64,000 bases of DNA from Octopus sinensis. Lineage: Eukaryota. The DNA lies in contig NC_043000.1 of the NCBI RefSeq assembly GCF_006345805.1, positions 101,370,001 through 101,434,000 on the forward strand, read 5' to 3'. Within the stretch, counting starts at the first letter, position 1. Each line of letters starts with the position of its first letter. The position numbers were made by a program, and so were the translations under genes. Shown here in pieces: positions 11,635 through 24,336 of this stretch. The notes beneath the pieces were generated by a model. The model was not told the DNA's origin. It saw only the letters and a list, made by a program, of their open reading frames with translations, and did not search any database.

Positions 11635-11898
11635 TGAACACATAAACACACCAGTATCGGTTGTCAAGCGATTTTGGGGGGAACAAACACAGACACACAA
11701 ACACACACACACATACATATATATATAAATATATACGATGGGCTCCTTTCAGTTTCTGTCTACCAAATCCACTCACAAGGCTTTCGTCAGCCCGAGGCTA
11801 TAGTAGAAGACATTTGCCCAAGGTGCCACACAGTGAGGCTGAACCCATAACCATGTGGCTGGTAAGCAAGCTACTTAACACACAGCCACTACTGCACC
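11635..11898 (-). mobile_element. SINE family A, 3'-truncated
   Basis: Homologous to 6851-7235. Confidence 0.85.
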
Positions 11899-11900
11899 TA

Positions 11901-12514
11901 TTTCCTAAATTATTTGGTAAAAATGAAATTGAGTATGCTTATTTCTTAATATTTGAACTGTTAGAGTTATTTTCGCAATTTATATAGTACAACCCTTAAA
12001 CAAGTAAATAGTATTTTCCTAAACAATAGATCCACTTATTTTGGTTTGTGACTTATTCATGAATATAACAACACTAGTGCCTCTGAGGGTAATATTTTCT
12101 GGGAATGCACAAAAGCCCTTTTCAGAATATTTACTTTGAACTGTTATTATCTCATATCTGATTAGCCTGTTATTGCGTAACATGCATTACAATTTTTGCA
12201 TACGTACCTTAGTATTTCCTTCTATGTTCTATATATTCTGGGAACGCATTAAAGCCGTTTTCATGGCTACTTTATTTGAATTCTTACTACCAGGTAACAT
12301 AATTGACTTCACAGTTTGGATATTCATAACTTATTGGGAATTCCTAAAAACATGATCCTGTATAAGGCAGTTCAGTATTCTCTGTAAAAACACAAAGACC
12401 ATTTTAAGGGCTACATACTTTGTATTGTTGTTATTGGATTAGCGAAACAATTATGAGAATGGAACCAAGGGATAAGCCCCACTTTCCCAGGATTTACCAG
12501 GTTCGTCAGCTAGT
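11901..12514 (+). mobile_element. 3' part of probable non-autonomous Helitron (second copy of 34377-35010)
   Basis: Collinear with 34377-35010; ends in an imperfect hairpin ccagg-attta-ccagg followed by ttcgtcagCTAGt. Confidence 0.6.
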
Positions 12515-12909
12515 ACATCCACATAGATTCTTATGTACAAGCACATAAATGAACAAAGAAAGCATAACACACTCTCTCACAACTACATATTTACTCAGCA
12601 GTTTGTATGCAGAGAGTCAAAACACTGAAAGCAATGAAGTATTAGTGTCCTCCTTGTGTCAATACATTGACTAAACCATTTGTAACTAAGGTTGAAGCAA
12701 TAACTCTTTTTTTTGTTATATTTGATTCGCTGTTTTTATTTATTTCTTTATCAATTATTTATTCCCTTTATTTATTTATTTATTTATTTATTTTCTTGTA
12801 TGAATTTTAATAGCTCCAAACCTTTGATGGTTATATTTTTTCAACAGATAAACTTTAGAATTATTAAAACTTAGTGTTGAATTATAATAATAATGATAAT
12901 GATACAAGG

Positions 12910-13371
12910 TACAGTAGCATCCACCCTTAGTGGTTAGCCACATTTAAGTGGCAAATATACTTCACATTGTCGTGCAGCTACTGTTTATACCTTGCTCAGA
13001 GATTTATTATTGATTGTTTACACTTTTTCGAGATCAGTGACTTTCCATCACTGGAAAAAGGATATATGTATTTGCATTGGGACACATTCACATCAAAGAC
13101 CAATAATGGTCGTGTGCCAATGACAGGTAAATACCCAAAAACTCGGGTCCATGCGTATCATGTCAGGTTGACGATGAGAAGGATGGCGTCCCTTTGCAAG
13201 TACTGATAGGGCACAGAAAGTGTGTCAATAGCCAGCTGGAGAAGATGTTCTCCTGGGGCTACAAACTACAGTAGCATCCACCCTTAGTGGTTAGCCACAT
13301 TTAAGTGGAAAATGTACGTCACATTGTCGTGCAGTTACTGTCTATACCTCATTCAGAGATTTATTATTGAT
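12910..13371. repeat. Structured element with 105-bp direct terminal repeats (period 357 bp)
   Basis: 12910-13014 is repeated at 13267-13371; sits between AAT-type runs; many local hairpins. Confidence 0.85.
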
Positions 13372-13375
13372 AATG

Positions 13376-13419
<44 letters not shown>

Positions 13420-13423
13420 AATG

Positions 13424-13479
<56 letters not shown>

Positions 13480-13510
13480 TAAAACTACTGAATAATAATA
13501 ACAATAATAA
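13372..13510. repeat. (AAT)n microsatellite
   Basis: Long trinucleotide run; similar runs at 4034-4081, 15732-15799, 16331-16403 and 33526-33590. Confidence 0.95.
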
Positions 13511-13751
13511 GTTTATTTTACATAAAAAAATTATTTAATATATACACATACATTCATATATATATACCTATATGCACTCCTATATGTACATTCATAAATA
13601 CATACATGAAGATGCATACATTAATAAGCACTAACATATACACAGAAACTTACATATGTATGTCTTTATTAATATTACAGTAAGGTAGCAATTGCAAATG
13701 TTACTAATCAATACAGTAGAAACATGCTAATGCTGCTTTGTAATAATCCTT

Positions 13752-13980
13752 ATTGTTGTTGTTATTATTATTATTATTATTATTGAGTGAGAGAGCAGTG
13801 CATGCCATCAAAGTGACACTGAGGTAAAATATACGAAGCCCAATATACCCATCATGACTACCCATCTGATAAAGGTACACCAGGCACATGCATCACAACC
13901 ATGTGTGCGCGACCTGGTGATCTCATAACAAGATAAACAGTGCATGACCTTGCAGGTGGGGCCCAGTTAGAATTTTCTCC
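13752..13980 (-). mobile_element. Retroposon 3' end with (AAT/AAC)n tail, family unassigned
   Basis: GC-richer ~200-bp block ending (minus strand) ctctctcactc-(AAT)n, bordered by a microsatellite at its 5' side. Confidence 0.45.
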
Positions 13981-14088
13981 TCGTACATATATACATATAC
14001 ATATATACACACATACATATATATATATATATATACATATTGACACACATATATATACATACACACACACACATATATATATATATAT

Positions 14089-14211
14089 ACTCCTGTGACC
14101 GCATCAGTGGTCCTTTGTTTTCTTCTTTCTTATTTGTGTCTCTCCTTACTAACTGTCAGCCATTTTGTATTTCTTATATGTGTGTGTATATATATGTACA
14201 TATACATACAT

Positions 14212-14242
<31 letters not shown>

Positions 14243-14402
14243 ATATATATATATATTATATATATATATACAGACACATACTTATATATGTGAGTATAGA
14301 TATATGTACATATACATACACACACACACACATATGCACATTTACATATGTGAGTAAATAAGAAAGAAGAAAACAAAGGACCACTGATGCGGTCACAGGA
14401 GT
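14089..14402. repeat. Perfect 47-bp inverted repeat plus a ~100-bp direct duplication (14262-14359 / 14575-14676)
   Basis: Arms 14089-14135 and 14356-14402; the right arm runs into a hammerhead-like ctgatgc ggtca...tggcc gaaa. Confidence 0.85.
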
Positions 14403-14437
14403 GTGATGAAAGAACTCTGGCCGAAATAAGATTAAGA

Positions 14438-14476
<39 letters not shown>

Positions 14477-14521
14477 TATATACATACTTATATGTGTGTG
14501 TATATATATCTACATATACAT

Positions 14522-14553
<32 letters not shown>

Positions 14554-14869
14554 GATGATGATGATGATGATGATATATATATACAGACACATACTTATAT
14601 ATGTGAGTATAGATATATGTACATATACACACACACACACACACACACATATGCACATTTACATATGTGAGTAAATTAATGCACATACATATATACATGT
14701 ACACATATACCCATACATACTGAAAACAATTTTAAACACTCACACTTACCTACATGCCCATACTCCACATAAGTTTATTCTTAAGCCTGAATAAAATTAA
14801 TAAAAAATTTTATAGAGATTTATAAATAATTATATGATGTAATCTTACTAATAAATTATAGTTTTCAGT

Positions 14870-15348
14870 AAATTTTTAAAAAATGTCTTAAGTTTTTTAC
14901 AAAGACAACTTTGTTGCATTTATTGATTATGCCTGTTTTACAGTTTAAGATGTCACTGCTTTACATTAAGTGTAAATTAAAAAATTTACCACCACTTTTA
15001 TAAGGAGTAGCATTTCTAATGGTTGACCAAGTCAGCAAATATTCAATATAATTATTTTTTAATGTCCAAATTATAGTTCTCAGAGAAGTATTATGTTTTT
15101 CCTTTGTTGTTAAAGGCAGATTAATGATTATTCCATTGTCGTTTAAATCTTGAAGTAATAGCACTTGTACAATAAGGTTTTTGCAATTGCTGTATACAGA
15201 GCATTTATATATAGTTTTCTTTTGTAGGAATTGATTGTTGAACGGGCAATTCAGTGTATTTCTGAAATTGCATAATCAAACTATAGAAGATCTAGTATTA
15301 TTGTTGTTGCTATAATTATTATTGCAGTTGTTGTCATTAACATTGTTA
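14870..15348 (-). pseudogene. Penelope-like element fragment: Asn-rich linker, Cys motif, GIY-YIG endonuclease
   Basis: NNVNDNNCNNNYSNNNN...LCNFRNTLNCPFNNQFLQKKTIYKC, then ORF 14961-15164 HNTSLRTIIWTLKNNYIEYLLTWSTIRNATPYKSGGK. Confidence 0.75.
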
Positions 15349-15349
15349 G

Positions 15350-15729
15350 CAGTGAGCTGGCAGAATTGTTAGCGTACTGCACAGTAGCATTTCCTCCATC
15401 GTTACGTTCTGACTTCAAATTCTGCTGAGGTTGACTTTGCCTTTCATCCTTTCAGGGGTTAATAAAAATTGCAGATCCTGTGCCAAAATTTGAAATCAAT
15501 ATTTTTCATTATTATTAAGGATGTGAGCTGACAGAATCTTTAGTACACCAGGCAAAATGCTTAGTGGCAGTTTGTCCATCTTTACACTCTGTGATCAAAT
15601 TCCATCAAGATGAACTTTGCCTTTCTTCCTTCCAGGGTCAATAGATCAAGTATCTGTTGAACACTGGGTTGTTGTAATTTACTTATACATCACTTTAAAA
15701 ACTGCTGGTCTTGTACCAAAATTTGAAAC

Positions 15730-15730
<1 letters not shown>
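15350..15730 (+). mobile_element. Two tandem SINE family B copies (15350-15500, 15519-15730)
   Basis: Both begin gtgagctg(g/a)cagaat and end gtgccaaaatttgaaa / gtaccaaaatttgaaa before (ATT)n. Confidence 0.8.
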
Positions 15731-15731
<1 letters not shown>

Positions 15732-15778
<47 letters not shown>

Positions 15779-15978
15779 GTTATTATTATTATTATTATTT
15801 GATGAAAACTCTCAGCTTATTTTGTTGGGTATGATGGAAAGTGTCAGTTGTCCAGAACCAGAAGTCTAAGGCAACACTTGTTTACTGGTCATGCACCAAG
15901 AACCCTGCAAAGGATTCTTGCAGTTCCAAGCAATGCTGATTTTTGTAGGTGTTCTATCTTTACATTTGTACCAATTAT
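15732..15978 (-). mobile_element. 3' end of R4/Dong-type (restriction-like endonuclease) non-LTR element with (AAT)n tail
   Basis: IIGTNVKIEHLQKSALLGTARILCRVLGA*, short 3' UTR, then (AAT)n. Confidence 0.75.
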
Positions 15979-16328
15979 TATTGTTGTTGTTGTTGTTGTT
16001 ATTGATAGAATTATTCCTATTGCTATTACTATTTACACTAGTCGTGATATTTAATTTTTCTTTAGTCTAAAGATGCTATAATATTACCCAATTTTGATGT
16101 AGTACCCTTAAAGCTAGGAACTTTTTAGCTCCCCCTTATATATACATATTTATATACATATGTATGTAAGTATGTATGTATACCCATGAACATATATGTA
16201 TACCCACCTTTTTACCAAAAATGATCAAATTGACAAACACACATGAATGACAAGCATAAATGCCTACCTGCCAATATACTTACACAATCTTCTCAATTTT
16301 TCTATTATGTTTCATAAAACAGCAACGC

Positions 16329-16403
<75 letters not shown>

Positions 16404-17437
16404 TTCATCATCATCATCATCAACAACAACACCACAACTACCACCATCAGCCACTAAATTTGGCCAAACCTGCCATCAGACATTACAGTATATTTTTGAA
16501 ATTTCAAAACATACATTTGGTCTTCAGCTATAAGCCTCTATCATAATTCCTTTGTTATGTAAACATTAGCTTTTCGAGTTTTATTTTTCCTATTGTGTTT
16601 CCATATTTCTTCTGCTTTCTTGGAAGGCTTTATTGTCTTACTGTTTGACAGGAAATGTTACATCTTCTTGTGAACTACTGCAGTGTATCGAATCTTTGTT
16701 AGTGCAATGCTAGTTTGTTCTTTATCTACTTCTTTTATACATCTCTGTTTATACCTATATATGTATATGCATGTATGTACAGTATACATACACACACACA
16801 CGCTTCCTTTAACTTCTCATGCAAACATTCTTCTGTCTTTTTTCATTGTTGCACATCCACCCACATAGTTACCACAAACATTTTCTTTACTGTTTGGTCC
16901 GCTCCCTTGTTTCCTCTCTCTCTCTCTTTGACTTTCTCTTTCATCTTGCACTGAGACAAACACATTTTTTTTCTTTTTTTACTTCCTGTTTCTGCTCCAT
17001 ATTTGTCTCTTCTCTCTCTGGTTCTGTCTACTTTTGTCCATGTTTGTCTGTCTTTTTGTCTCTTGCTATGGCTATGTCTGTCTCTTACTTCACACGCACA
17101 TGCACTGTCTGATTTGTTCCTTTCTCTATCAAATTTACCTTTTTCACACACCCTCCTACACTGTTCACATATTCACTGTCTTCTATCACAGATACAATTT
17201 TTTGTTTATATTTTCCCTCATTCTCTTCTGCACAAATTTCTTCAGTGCATATATGAGGTTCCCAGACTAGTTCTGTAGTGCACCAACAGATGGCAGCACA
17301 CGGTTGCATGCACAATGAGAGCTAGCAGTGCATGAGTGACTGTTGGTTAGTGGAACTTTCTGGGTGTAATCCCATGGTCAATCATGAAGTTGGTCTTTAC
17401 CTTATTATATATGTGAGTGTGTGTGTATGTGTATATA

Positions 17438-17608
17438 ATCATCATCATCATTATCATCATCATCCTCATCATCATCATCGTTTAACGTCCATTTTCCATG
17501 CTAGCATGGGTTGGACGGTTCAACTGGGGTCTGGGAAGCCAGAAGGCTGCGCCAGGCCCAGTCTGATCTGGCAGTGTTTCTACAGCTGGATGCCCTTCCT
17601 AACGCCAA
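17438..17608 (-). mobile_element. RTE LINE 3' tail fragment
   Basis: (CAT)n-cgtttaacgtccattttccatgctagcatgggttggacgg...tacagctggatgcccttcctaacgccaa, as at 30190. Confidence 0.9.
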
Positions 17609-17644
17609 GAAATATATATATATATATTATATTATTATTATATT

Positions 17645-17725
<81 letters not shown>

Positions 17726-17726
<1 letters not shown>

Positions 17727-18013
17727 AAGGCACATGGCTTAATGGTTAGGGAATTTGGCTCATGATTGTAAGGTCATGAGTTCAGTTCCTGGTGACGTGT
17801 TATGTCCTTGAGCAAGACCCTTTATTTTACATTACTCCAGTCCACTCAGCTGGCAAGAATGAGTAGTACCTGTATGTCAAAGGGTTAGCCTTGTCACATT
17901 AAGGGTACATGTGTCTGTGGAGTGCTGAACCACTTGCACATTAATTTCACGTGCAACCTGTTCCTCTGATTGGATCAGCTGGAAACTTCATCATTGTAAC
18001 TGATGGAGTGCCA
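17726..18013 (+). mobile_element. SINE family C
   Basis: A box tggcttaatgg, B box gagttcagttcc; 3' body shared with 49979-50100. Confidence 0.85.
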
Positions 18014-18051
18014 GACACACACACACACACACACGTATATACATACATATA

Positions 18052-18622
18052 TGAGGTGATATCAAAATGTTACTGGACAAGTTCTGTTGTATGCCAACAG
18101 AGAGCAGTACATAGTTGTGTGCACAGTGAGAGTTAGCAGTGATCCTCATGAGATAGTGTGTCAAGTGAAACTGCTGCATTTACTTTGTAAGTTAGTAATT
18201 TCTAAAATTTGTGATTCTGTGATTTTGGCATGGACAGGAATGAAGAGTCAACATAAAATGTTGTGTTAACCCTTTCGTTACCAACCCGGCTGAGACCGGC
18301 TCTGGTTCTGTAACACAAGTGTCTTGTTTTCGTACGTTTTAAATAAAAATCTTCCACCAAACCTTAGTGACAATTTATGTTCCTAACACTAGCTTAATCA
18401 TAACTAAGTTATATTACTAAATTCTTTGTTATATTTAAAATTAATTGAAAGAAACATGGAGCATCTCAACAGAAATATGGTAACAAAAGGGTTAAACATG
18501 AGAAGTCTGCTACAGAGACATTGAGCATACTTCAGCAAGCTTATAGCAATGAGGCTATGGGTCGCACACAATGTTTTGAGTGGCACGGGCACTTCAAAAG
18601 CAGAAGAATGTCCCTGGAAGAC
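18052..18622 (+). mobile_element. Mariner 5' fragment interrupted by a piggyBac-type MITE
   Basis: TIR-like tgaggtgatatcaaaatg after TA; KSATETLSILQQAYSNEAMGRTQCFEWHGHFKSRRMSLED; a related 5' end at ~17253-17340. Confidence 0.8.
18270..18491. mobile_element. piggyBac-type MITE (222 bp)
   Basis: TTAA on both sides (18266-18269, 18492-18495); TIRs ccctttcgttacca / tggtaacaaaaggg. Confidence 0.9.
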
Positions 18623-18864
18623 CAGAAAAAGGGTTTGAGGCCTGGCATGCTTACAACTCTACCAACTTTCTACCTTAGAGTTCTCTTAATATCAACACTA
18701 GCACATACACATACATTCCCATGCAGTTACAGCAGCTTGCATAATGATAACTATCTGACTTCAATAGCTGTTTTTCTTTCTTATCTTGTAATTTTAGTAG
18801 CAGGCAAAAGGGCAGTCCTCAAGCACTTTTTCTGGTCCCCACAGACTATTGAAATAAAGTTATA

Positions 18865-19255
18865 CTTTTATTTTAGCCTTTTGTTCTCTATGGAGCATGG
18901 GCCATCGATTATGTTTCTCTTTTGTTCTCACCTCCGGACCATTTTGTCTGTTTGTTTCCAGTTGGGTGCCTGCTTTTTCAACACCATGTTTTCCTGAGGG
19001 AAGGTTATTCCTCTCCTAGATCTTGTTGGTTTTGAATTCTTATCAGTACTTCTTTAGCTTTACTTTTTATCTAGGTAGGGACCGTCGTTCCTAAACAAGC
19101 GCATTTTTATCTCTGGGAGGAAGTGGTCCATATTAGTCTGGCCTGTATCTTTCGACTTGTCTAGTTTGGAGGCCATATGAGGAATATGTGTGCCTTTAGT
19201 ATAGCTCTCCAGGTCATTAAGACACACAAGGTATCACAAATAACAGGATAGGACT
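18865..19255 (-). mobile_element. Decayed, internally deleted RTE-type element (5' UTR joined to 3' end), different family
   Basis: Minus strand cttgtgtgtcttaatgacctggagagctatac...gacaagtcgaaag...ccagactaa resembles RTE 5' UTRs as I recall them; ggcccatgctccatagag resembles an RTE ORF2 end. Confidence 0.4.
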
Positions 19256-20104
19256 TTATGGTGGGAAATGAAGTTATACTATAAACCTAGCTCAAATGTT
19301 TGCAATTGAGTGCAATCTGTAAAAGGCCTCCAAGGCTTATGCAGTTGTGTTAAAACCCCCAAATTACTTGCTCAAGTTAAAAGAACTAAATTATTTAAGT
19401 TCAAAGACATTTTCTGATTTGCTTTGATGCACCAACTGACACTATGCAATCTGATCCATATCAACTACAATCAGATATTCCAGATGTTCATGTATTGCTA
19501 CCACTTCACTTTACAGCTATTATTCTTAATTCAAGTCCTTCATTTCTTTCTTTGTCTATTTGCTGTCACCAGCTCTTCTTTATACCTACTAATTACTGAA
19601 TTCACATGGTTGTTAATGGTATTTTAAGAGGCATCCACAATTTCAAAGCCATTTTATCAATTGATCTCGGTCTTCTATTGTTTCTTTTGTTCCAAGATTC
19701 CATACTGCTTGAATGTGTTAAAATATATGTTTGTTCGTTATCCTTCTCCCCACTGCACACATTCTCACGTTTATTCGTTGTCATTCAGGCTTATATGTAT
19801 ATTGCATGCATTCATACATACATTGATACAAACACAAATCTATTATCCCTGCATGCTTATATGTGTATTTGTAAGACAACAAGTGATGTTAGACAAAGAG
19901 ACAGATAGACAGAGGGCCAAACAGACAGATATATTTACACATATAAGCATGCAGAGATAATAGCTTTCTGTTTGTATCTACGTAATATAAATGTACAAAC
20001 ATAAATACCATTAAGTGTGTATATGTGTGTTTGTGTGTGTGCATGTGCATGCATGTGCATGTATGTGTGTTTTGTCAACACACATGTGTAGCATCAATGT
20101 CTCT

Positions 20105-20149
<45 letters not shown>

Positions 20150-20431
20150 ACACACATACACACAGAATTGATGAGGGAAACAGAAAATGAATTTGGTATA
20201 AATCTTTATTCAATGCAACAATTGTTTTGACCCTTCCTACAGCTGTCTCTTACAGATAGGGTATTGTGCATCTAGATGTGTTGCATCAGTCAGTGCAGTC
20301 TGTGTCTCCTCAGGTGTTTGATGTAAAGGGTATCCAACTACATGTACTGAGTACCTTCAGGAATGTTGTACTCTCTCTCATAGTATGTGAGTACACTGAC
20401 TGAGAGTAGAATAATTCTAGAGTTATAACCT

Positions 20432-21432
20432 GCTGAGGACTGGTTCTTGGTGGACCCCTATCCCTACCCGGAATTCGTCACTGTAGTCATTGCCAACCCT
20501 CACATTACTGACAGCATCCCTGTACATGGCTTGCACAGCTCTTACTAACCATTCATCTATCCCTAGTTTCCTCATTGACCACCAGATAAGAGACCGGGGG
20601 ACCCTGTCAAAGGCTTTCTCCATGTCAATGAAAGCCAGGTACAGAGGTTTATCTTTGGCTAGGTATTTCTCCTGCAGCTGTCTTACCAGAAATATAGCAT
20701 CAGTGGTGCTTTTCCCTGGTGCAAATACAAACTGCATCTCAGCTAGACTGACTCTCTCTCTAATTAGTTGGGCTATGACCCTCTCCGTGACCTTCATTAC
20801 CTGATCAAACAACTTGATACCTTTGTAATTATTTGTATCTAAAGCATCACCTTTACCTTTGTAGCAGTTGACTATAGTGCTGCTACACCAGTCATTGGGT
20901 ATAACTCCTTCATGTATCACCTGGTTAATTATACGGGTGACTAGTCTATAGCTGACACCACCAGATATTTTGAGCATCTCTGCAGTGATTCCTGATGGAC
21001 CGGGGGCTTTCCCTGTCTTCATACTCTTAATTTCTTTATCTACCAAGGTACTGTCAAATTGGATAGCTGGTGCCTTTGTTGAGTCAACATTTGGCAGACT
21101 CTCTTTCTCACATTCATTCTCTTTATTGAGCAACCTTTCATAGTGGCATCTCCAAACCTCTTTCTTTGCAGCCTCCTTTAGTGCAAGTGAACCATCATTC
21201 ATGCAGACACATTTCTCTCATACGACATCATGACTCTCTCTCATACACTGTCTTGCAACACAAAATGCCTCAAGTCTTTGGTCGTCATGGCACAGAACAT
21301 TGGCAAATTTTTTCTTATCTGATTCTCCTCTGGCTAAATAAACCTGTCTCCTAGATTCCCTTCTGGCAGTCTGATACAATTTCTTGCTACCACCATTCTT
21401 CCAGTCCTTCCAAGCCTGTTTCTTTTCTCTAA
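20432..21432 (-). pseudogene. RTE-clade LINE ORF2 fragment (RT N-terminal half)
   Basis: ORF 20423-21202: KAPGPSGITAEMLK...YKGKGDALDTNNYKGIKL...STTDAIF...FIDMEKAFDRVPR...GVHQ; truncated at both ends. Confidence 0.95.
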
Positions 21433-21473
21433 TGGGTTAAATTTATATAAGTACATTGCATGTGTATAGATAC

Positions 21474-21577
21474 GATGTTTGCGGCTGAAAAGAGCTTTAA
21501 GCCATCTTTTATATCAATAATACACTGATGAAATAACAGATTGTTTATAAAGCTTGAAACACGTGTACCGCGATATC
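21474..21577 (+). ncRNA. Penelope-type hammerhead motif with long stem II and palindromic stem III
   Basis: gatgtttgcgg CTGAAaA gagcttta...taaagctt GAAA CACGTG TA ccgcgatatc; G8 is mutated to A. Confidence 0.7.
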
Positions 21578-21744
21578 CTTCGTGTTCTGTTTTTAATTTA
21601 TGTTTGGTATATTCTCTCACCTCTGCCACTATCTGGCATATACAGGTGCTTACACTTATCAAGTATTCACTCTAAATTTACAGTACCTACTATACACACA
21701 TTATATATATATATGAGCAGGTATAGATGTATAAGAAAATAAGA

Positions 21745-21873
21745 TGTTAGCTTCCCAGCATCATGGTTTTTGATTCAGTCTTACTGCTCAGCACTTTGGG
21801 CAAGTGTCTTCTACTAAAACCCTGCATTGACCAAAGCCTGGTGATTGGATTTGTAATGACGGAAACTGAAAGT
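21745..21873 (+). mobile_element. SINE family A fragment
   Basis: ttgggcaagtgtcttctacta...gaccaaagcc...gacggaaactgaaag. Confidence 0.7.
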
Positions 21874-22412
21874 GTATCGATTTTTCTGAAGACGGTAGAG
21901 ATTGAACTGAGGCAGATGTGGTTGCTATTTTTAGCAAATTAAATAACCTCGTAATATTATCAACCTCGTAAATATTATGATCAGAGAGAATTGAAGCAAA
22001 GAAGCATTGCAAACTGATGAATCTTATCTATGTGCTCTCTCTCACCTGTTACTTTTTCTCACCTGTTCTCTTTCACATTTATCATTCCTCTCTTCCATCT
22101 TTGTCTAGCTCTCCTCCCTTTCTCTCTTAATTACATAGGAATCTAAAGATGGACAAAATAAGTTTTTGTAAACAAAATGAATTCATTGTCTCATTGAATG
22201 TTGTATTTCATAATTATTGTCAATAAGAGAGGCTTCCTTTAATGATAGGCTTTGGCATTGTAACTTTGTCCAATATGGTTTTAAAAATGGACTGAACCAC
22301 TTATAAAAGAAACCTTTGTGGTTCCTGCAATTCTTTCAAATGATAAACTATTGAGATAGTGACATTTGAAATATTTTTATTGTGTTTTCTATTAAATGTT
22401 TTGATTTAAAAA

Positions 22413-22461
<49 letters not shown>

Positions 22462-22795
22462 ATATGTATGTATAAATATGTGTATGTATTTTTATAGAGT
22501 GTGTGTATATGTGTATGTTTGTCTGTATGTGTGTGCATATTTACATATGTATGTATGTATATATATATACACATATATATTTTTGCGTACATGTATATAT
22601 AAATGTGTATGTGTATATATCTTTATGTGTACATGTATATATGTGTGTTATGTATATATATGTATGTATATATATATATATGTATGTGTATATGTATAAA
22701 TATGTATGTGTATATGTATATATATGTATGTATGTATGTGCAGATGTCTGTGTGTACGTATATAATGTATGTATATATATGTATGTGTGTGTATG

Positions 22796-22828
<33 letters not shown>

Positions 22829-24124
22829 GTGTGTATGTGTGTGTTTCTGTGCACATATATATGTATGTATACATATGCAATGTACTTACATAAATTTAGC
22901 CCACTTTTGTGTTGTTTTTGATGTTCTGCTTTAACACTTTTATTTAATCTCTGCTCTATTTTGAAATACAAAGAAAAAAGTTGTTAAGCACTTAATTATA
23001 TGCACGCATGCATGCACACATGCACACACACTCACATGCACACACACTCACACACATGCACACACACGACGATGATATATATAATGTTATCTGGGATAAA
23101 TGTGTGCGTGTGTGTGAGTATGTGTGTGTATAAGTTTATTCTGCTTCTGATCTTTAGCTACAGTTTATGATAAAATCATAATTACATGTTGTGTTAAGAT
23201 TCCAAGAGGTTTGAACATTTTAAAAACTTCAGAAGTCTTAATATCTTAGCATCTGATATTTATTTGCTTCCATTTACAATAATTTCACATGAGGAACTAT
23301 TATATAAAACCAGCATATCATTAACGTTGTGCCTATGTAATTAGTAAATACTGCTTGTCTTATAGAAAAAGTCTGCACTCTTTCTATTAGAGTCCAGTTT
23401 CACGCATATATTTTTATTTTCTTTATATTTCCTTTATATATCTGAAGATATATAAAGATACATCTAAGTATTTAATTCTTGTATTATATGATTCCATTCA
23501 AAACTCGAATCCAAATTCTTTTTAGCTTATCATTATCCTTTTACTTATTTAATGAATTAAATTATAATAATCATGTCTCTAAATGCACATATGCATGCAA
23601 GCACATACAAAGATGTATGTACCATTTATTATTTCAGACATTTAATACATACTGTAATTAATACCTTAAGTTAATTATGAATTCGTAATTTTTATGTTAA
23701 GCTCTACAATATTTTATAATGTTAGTGATAAAATCTGGTGATTTTAAAATTATAAATGTCTGTTTTGCAGAAAAATCTATAGCCTTTTAATGTATTCTCA
23801 TTCTGTTATTTAATGATGACTTTGATATCGTTTGTATCTCAGGAACATCAGATTTGTTTCAACTCTACTGTTTACCCATTACAATGAGGTTTCAGTTTTT
23901 ACAGAACTCTGCTCTATTGGAGATAACTAGGATTTTGAAGTTGGTGCTTAGCTGTTGAGTTTCTCCCATGCTAAGTTAACATCTAGGTATCAAAGCTTAT
24001 AATTTGTGGAAAGAGTCCCTGTGAGACCTCTGATAACAAGCCACTGTCCGTTCTCACTGAATAAACCAAAGCAAGTAAGACCGAGAGCTCTGAGAAGAAA
24101 AAAAATATACTAATAATAGTAATG

Positions 24125-24336
24125 ATTTCATATTTTGGCACAATGCCAGCAAGTTTGAGGGAGGAGATTAGTTGACAGCATCAACCCCACTACCCAACTG
24201 GTACTCATTTTATCAGCCTTGAAAGGTTGAAAAGCAAAGTCAACCTTGGCAGAATTTGAACTTAGAATGTAACAGTAGACGAGAACCTGCTCTGCAGGTT
24301 ACCCAGCTTACTAATGATTCTACCAGCTTGCCACCT
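24125..24336 (-). mobile_element. SINE family B
   Basis: Homologous to 8991-9207 and 15519-15730. Confidence 0.75.
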
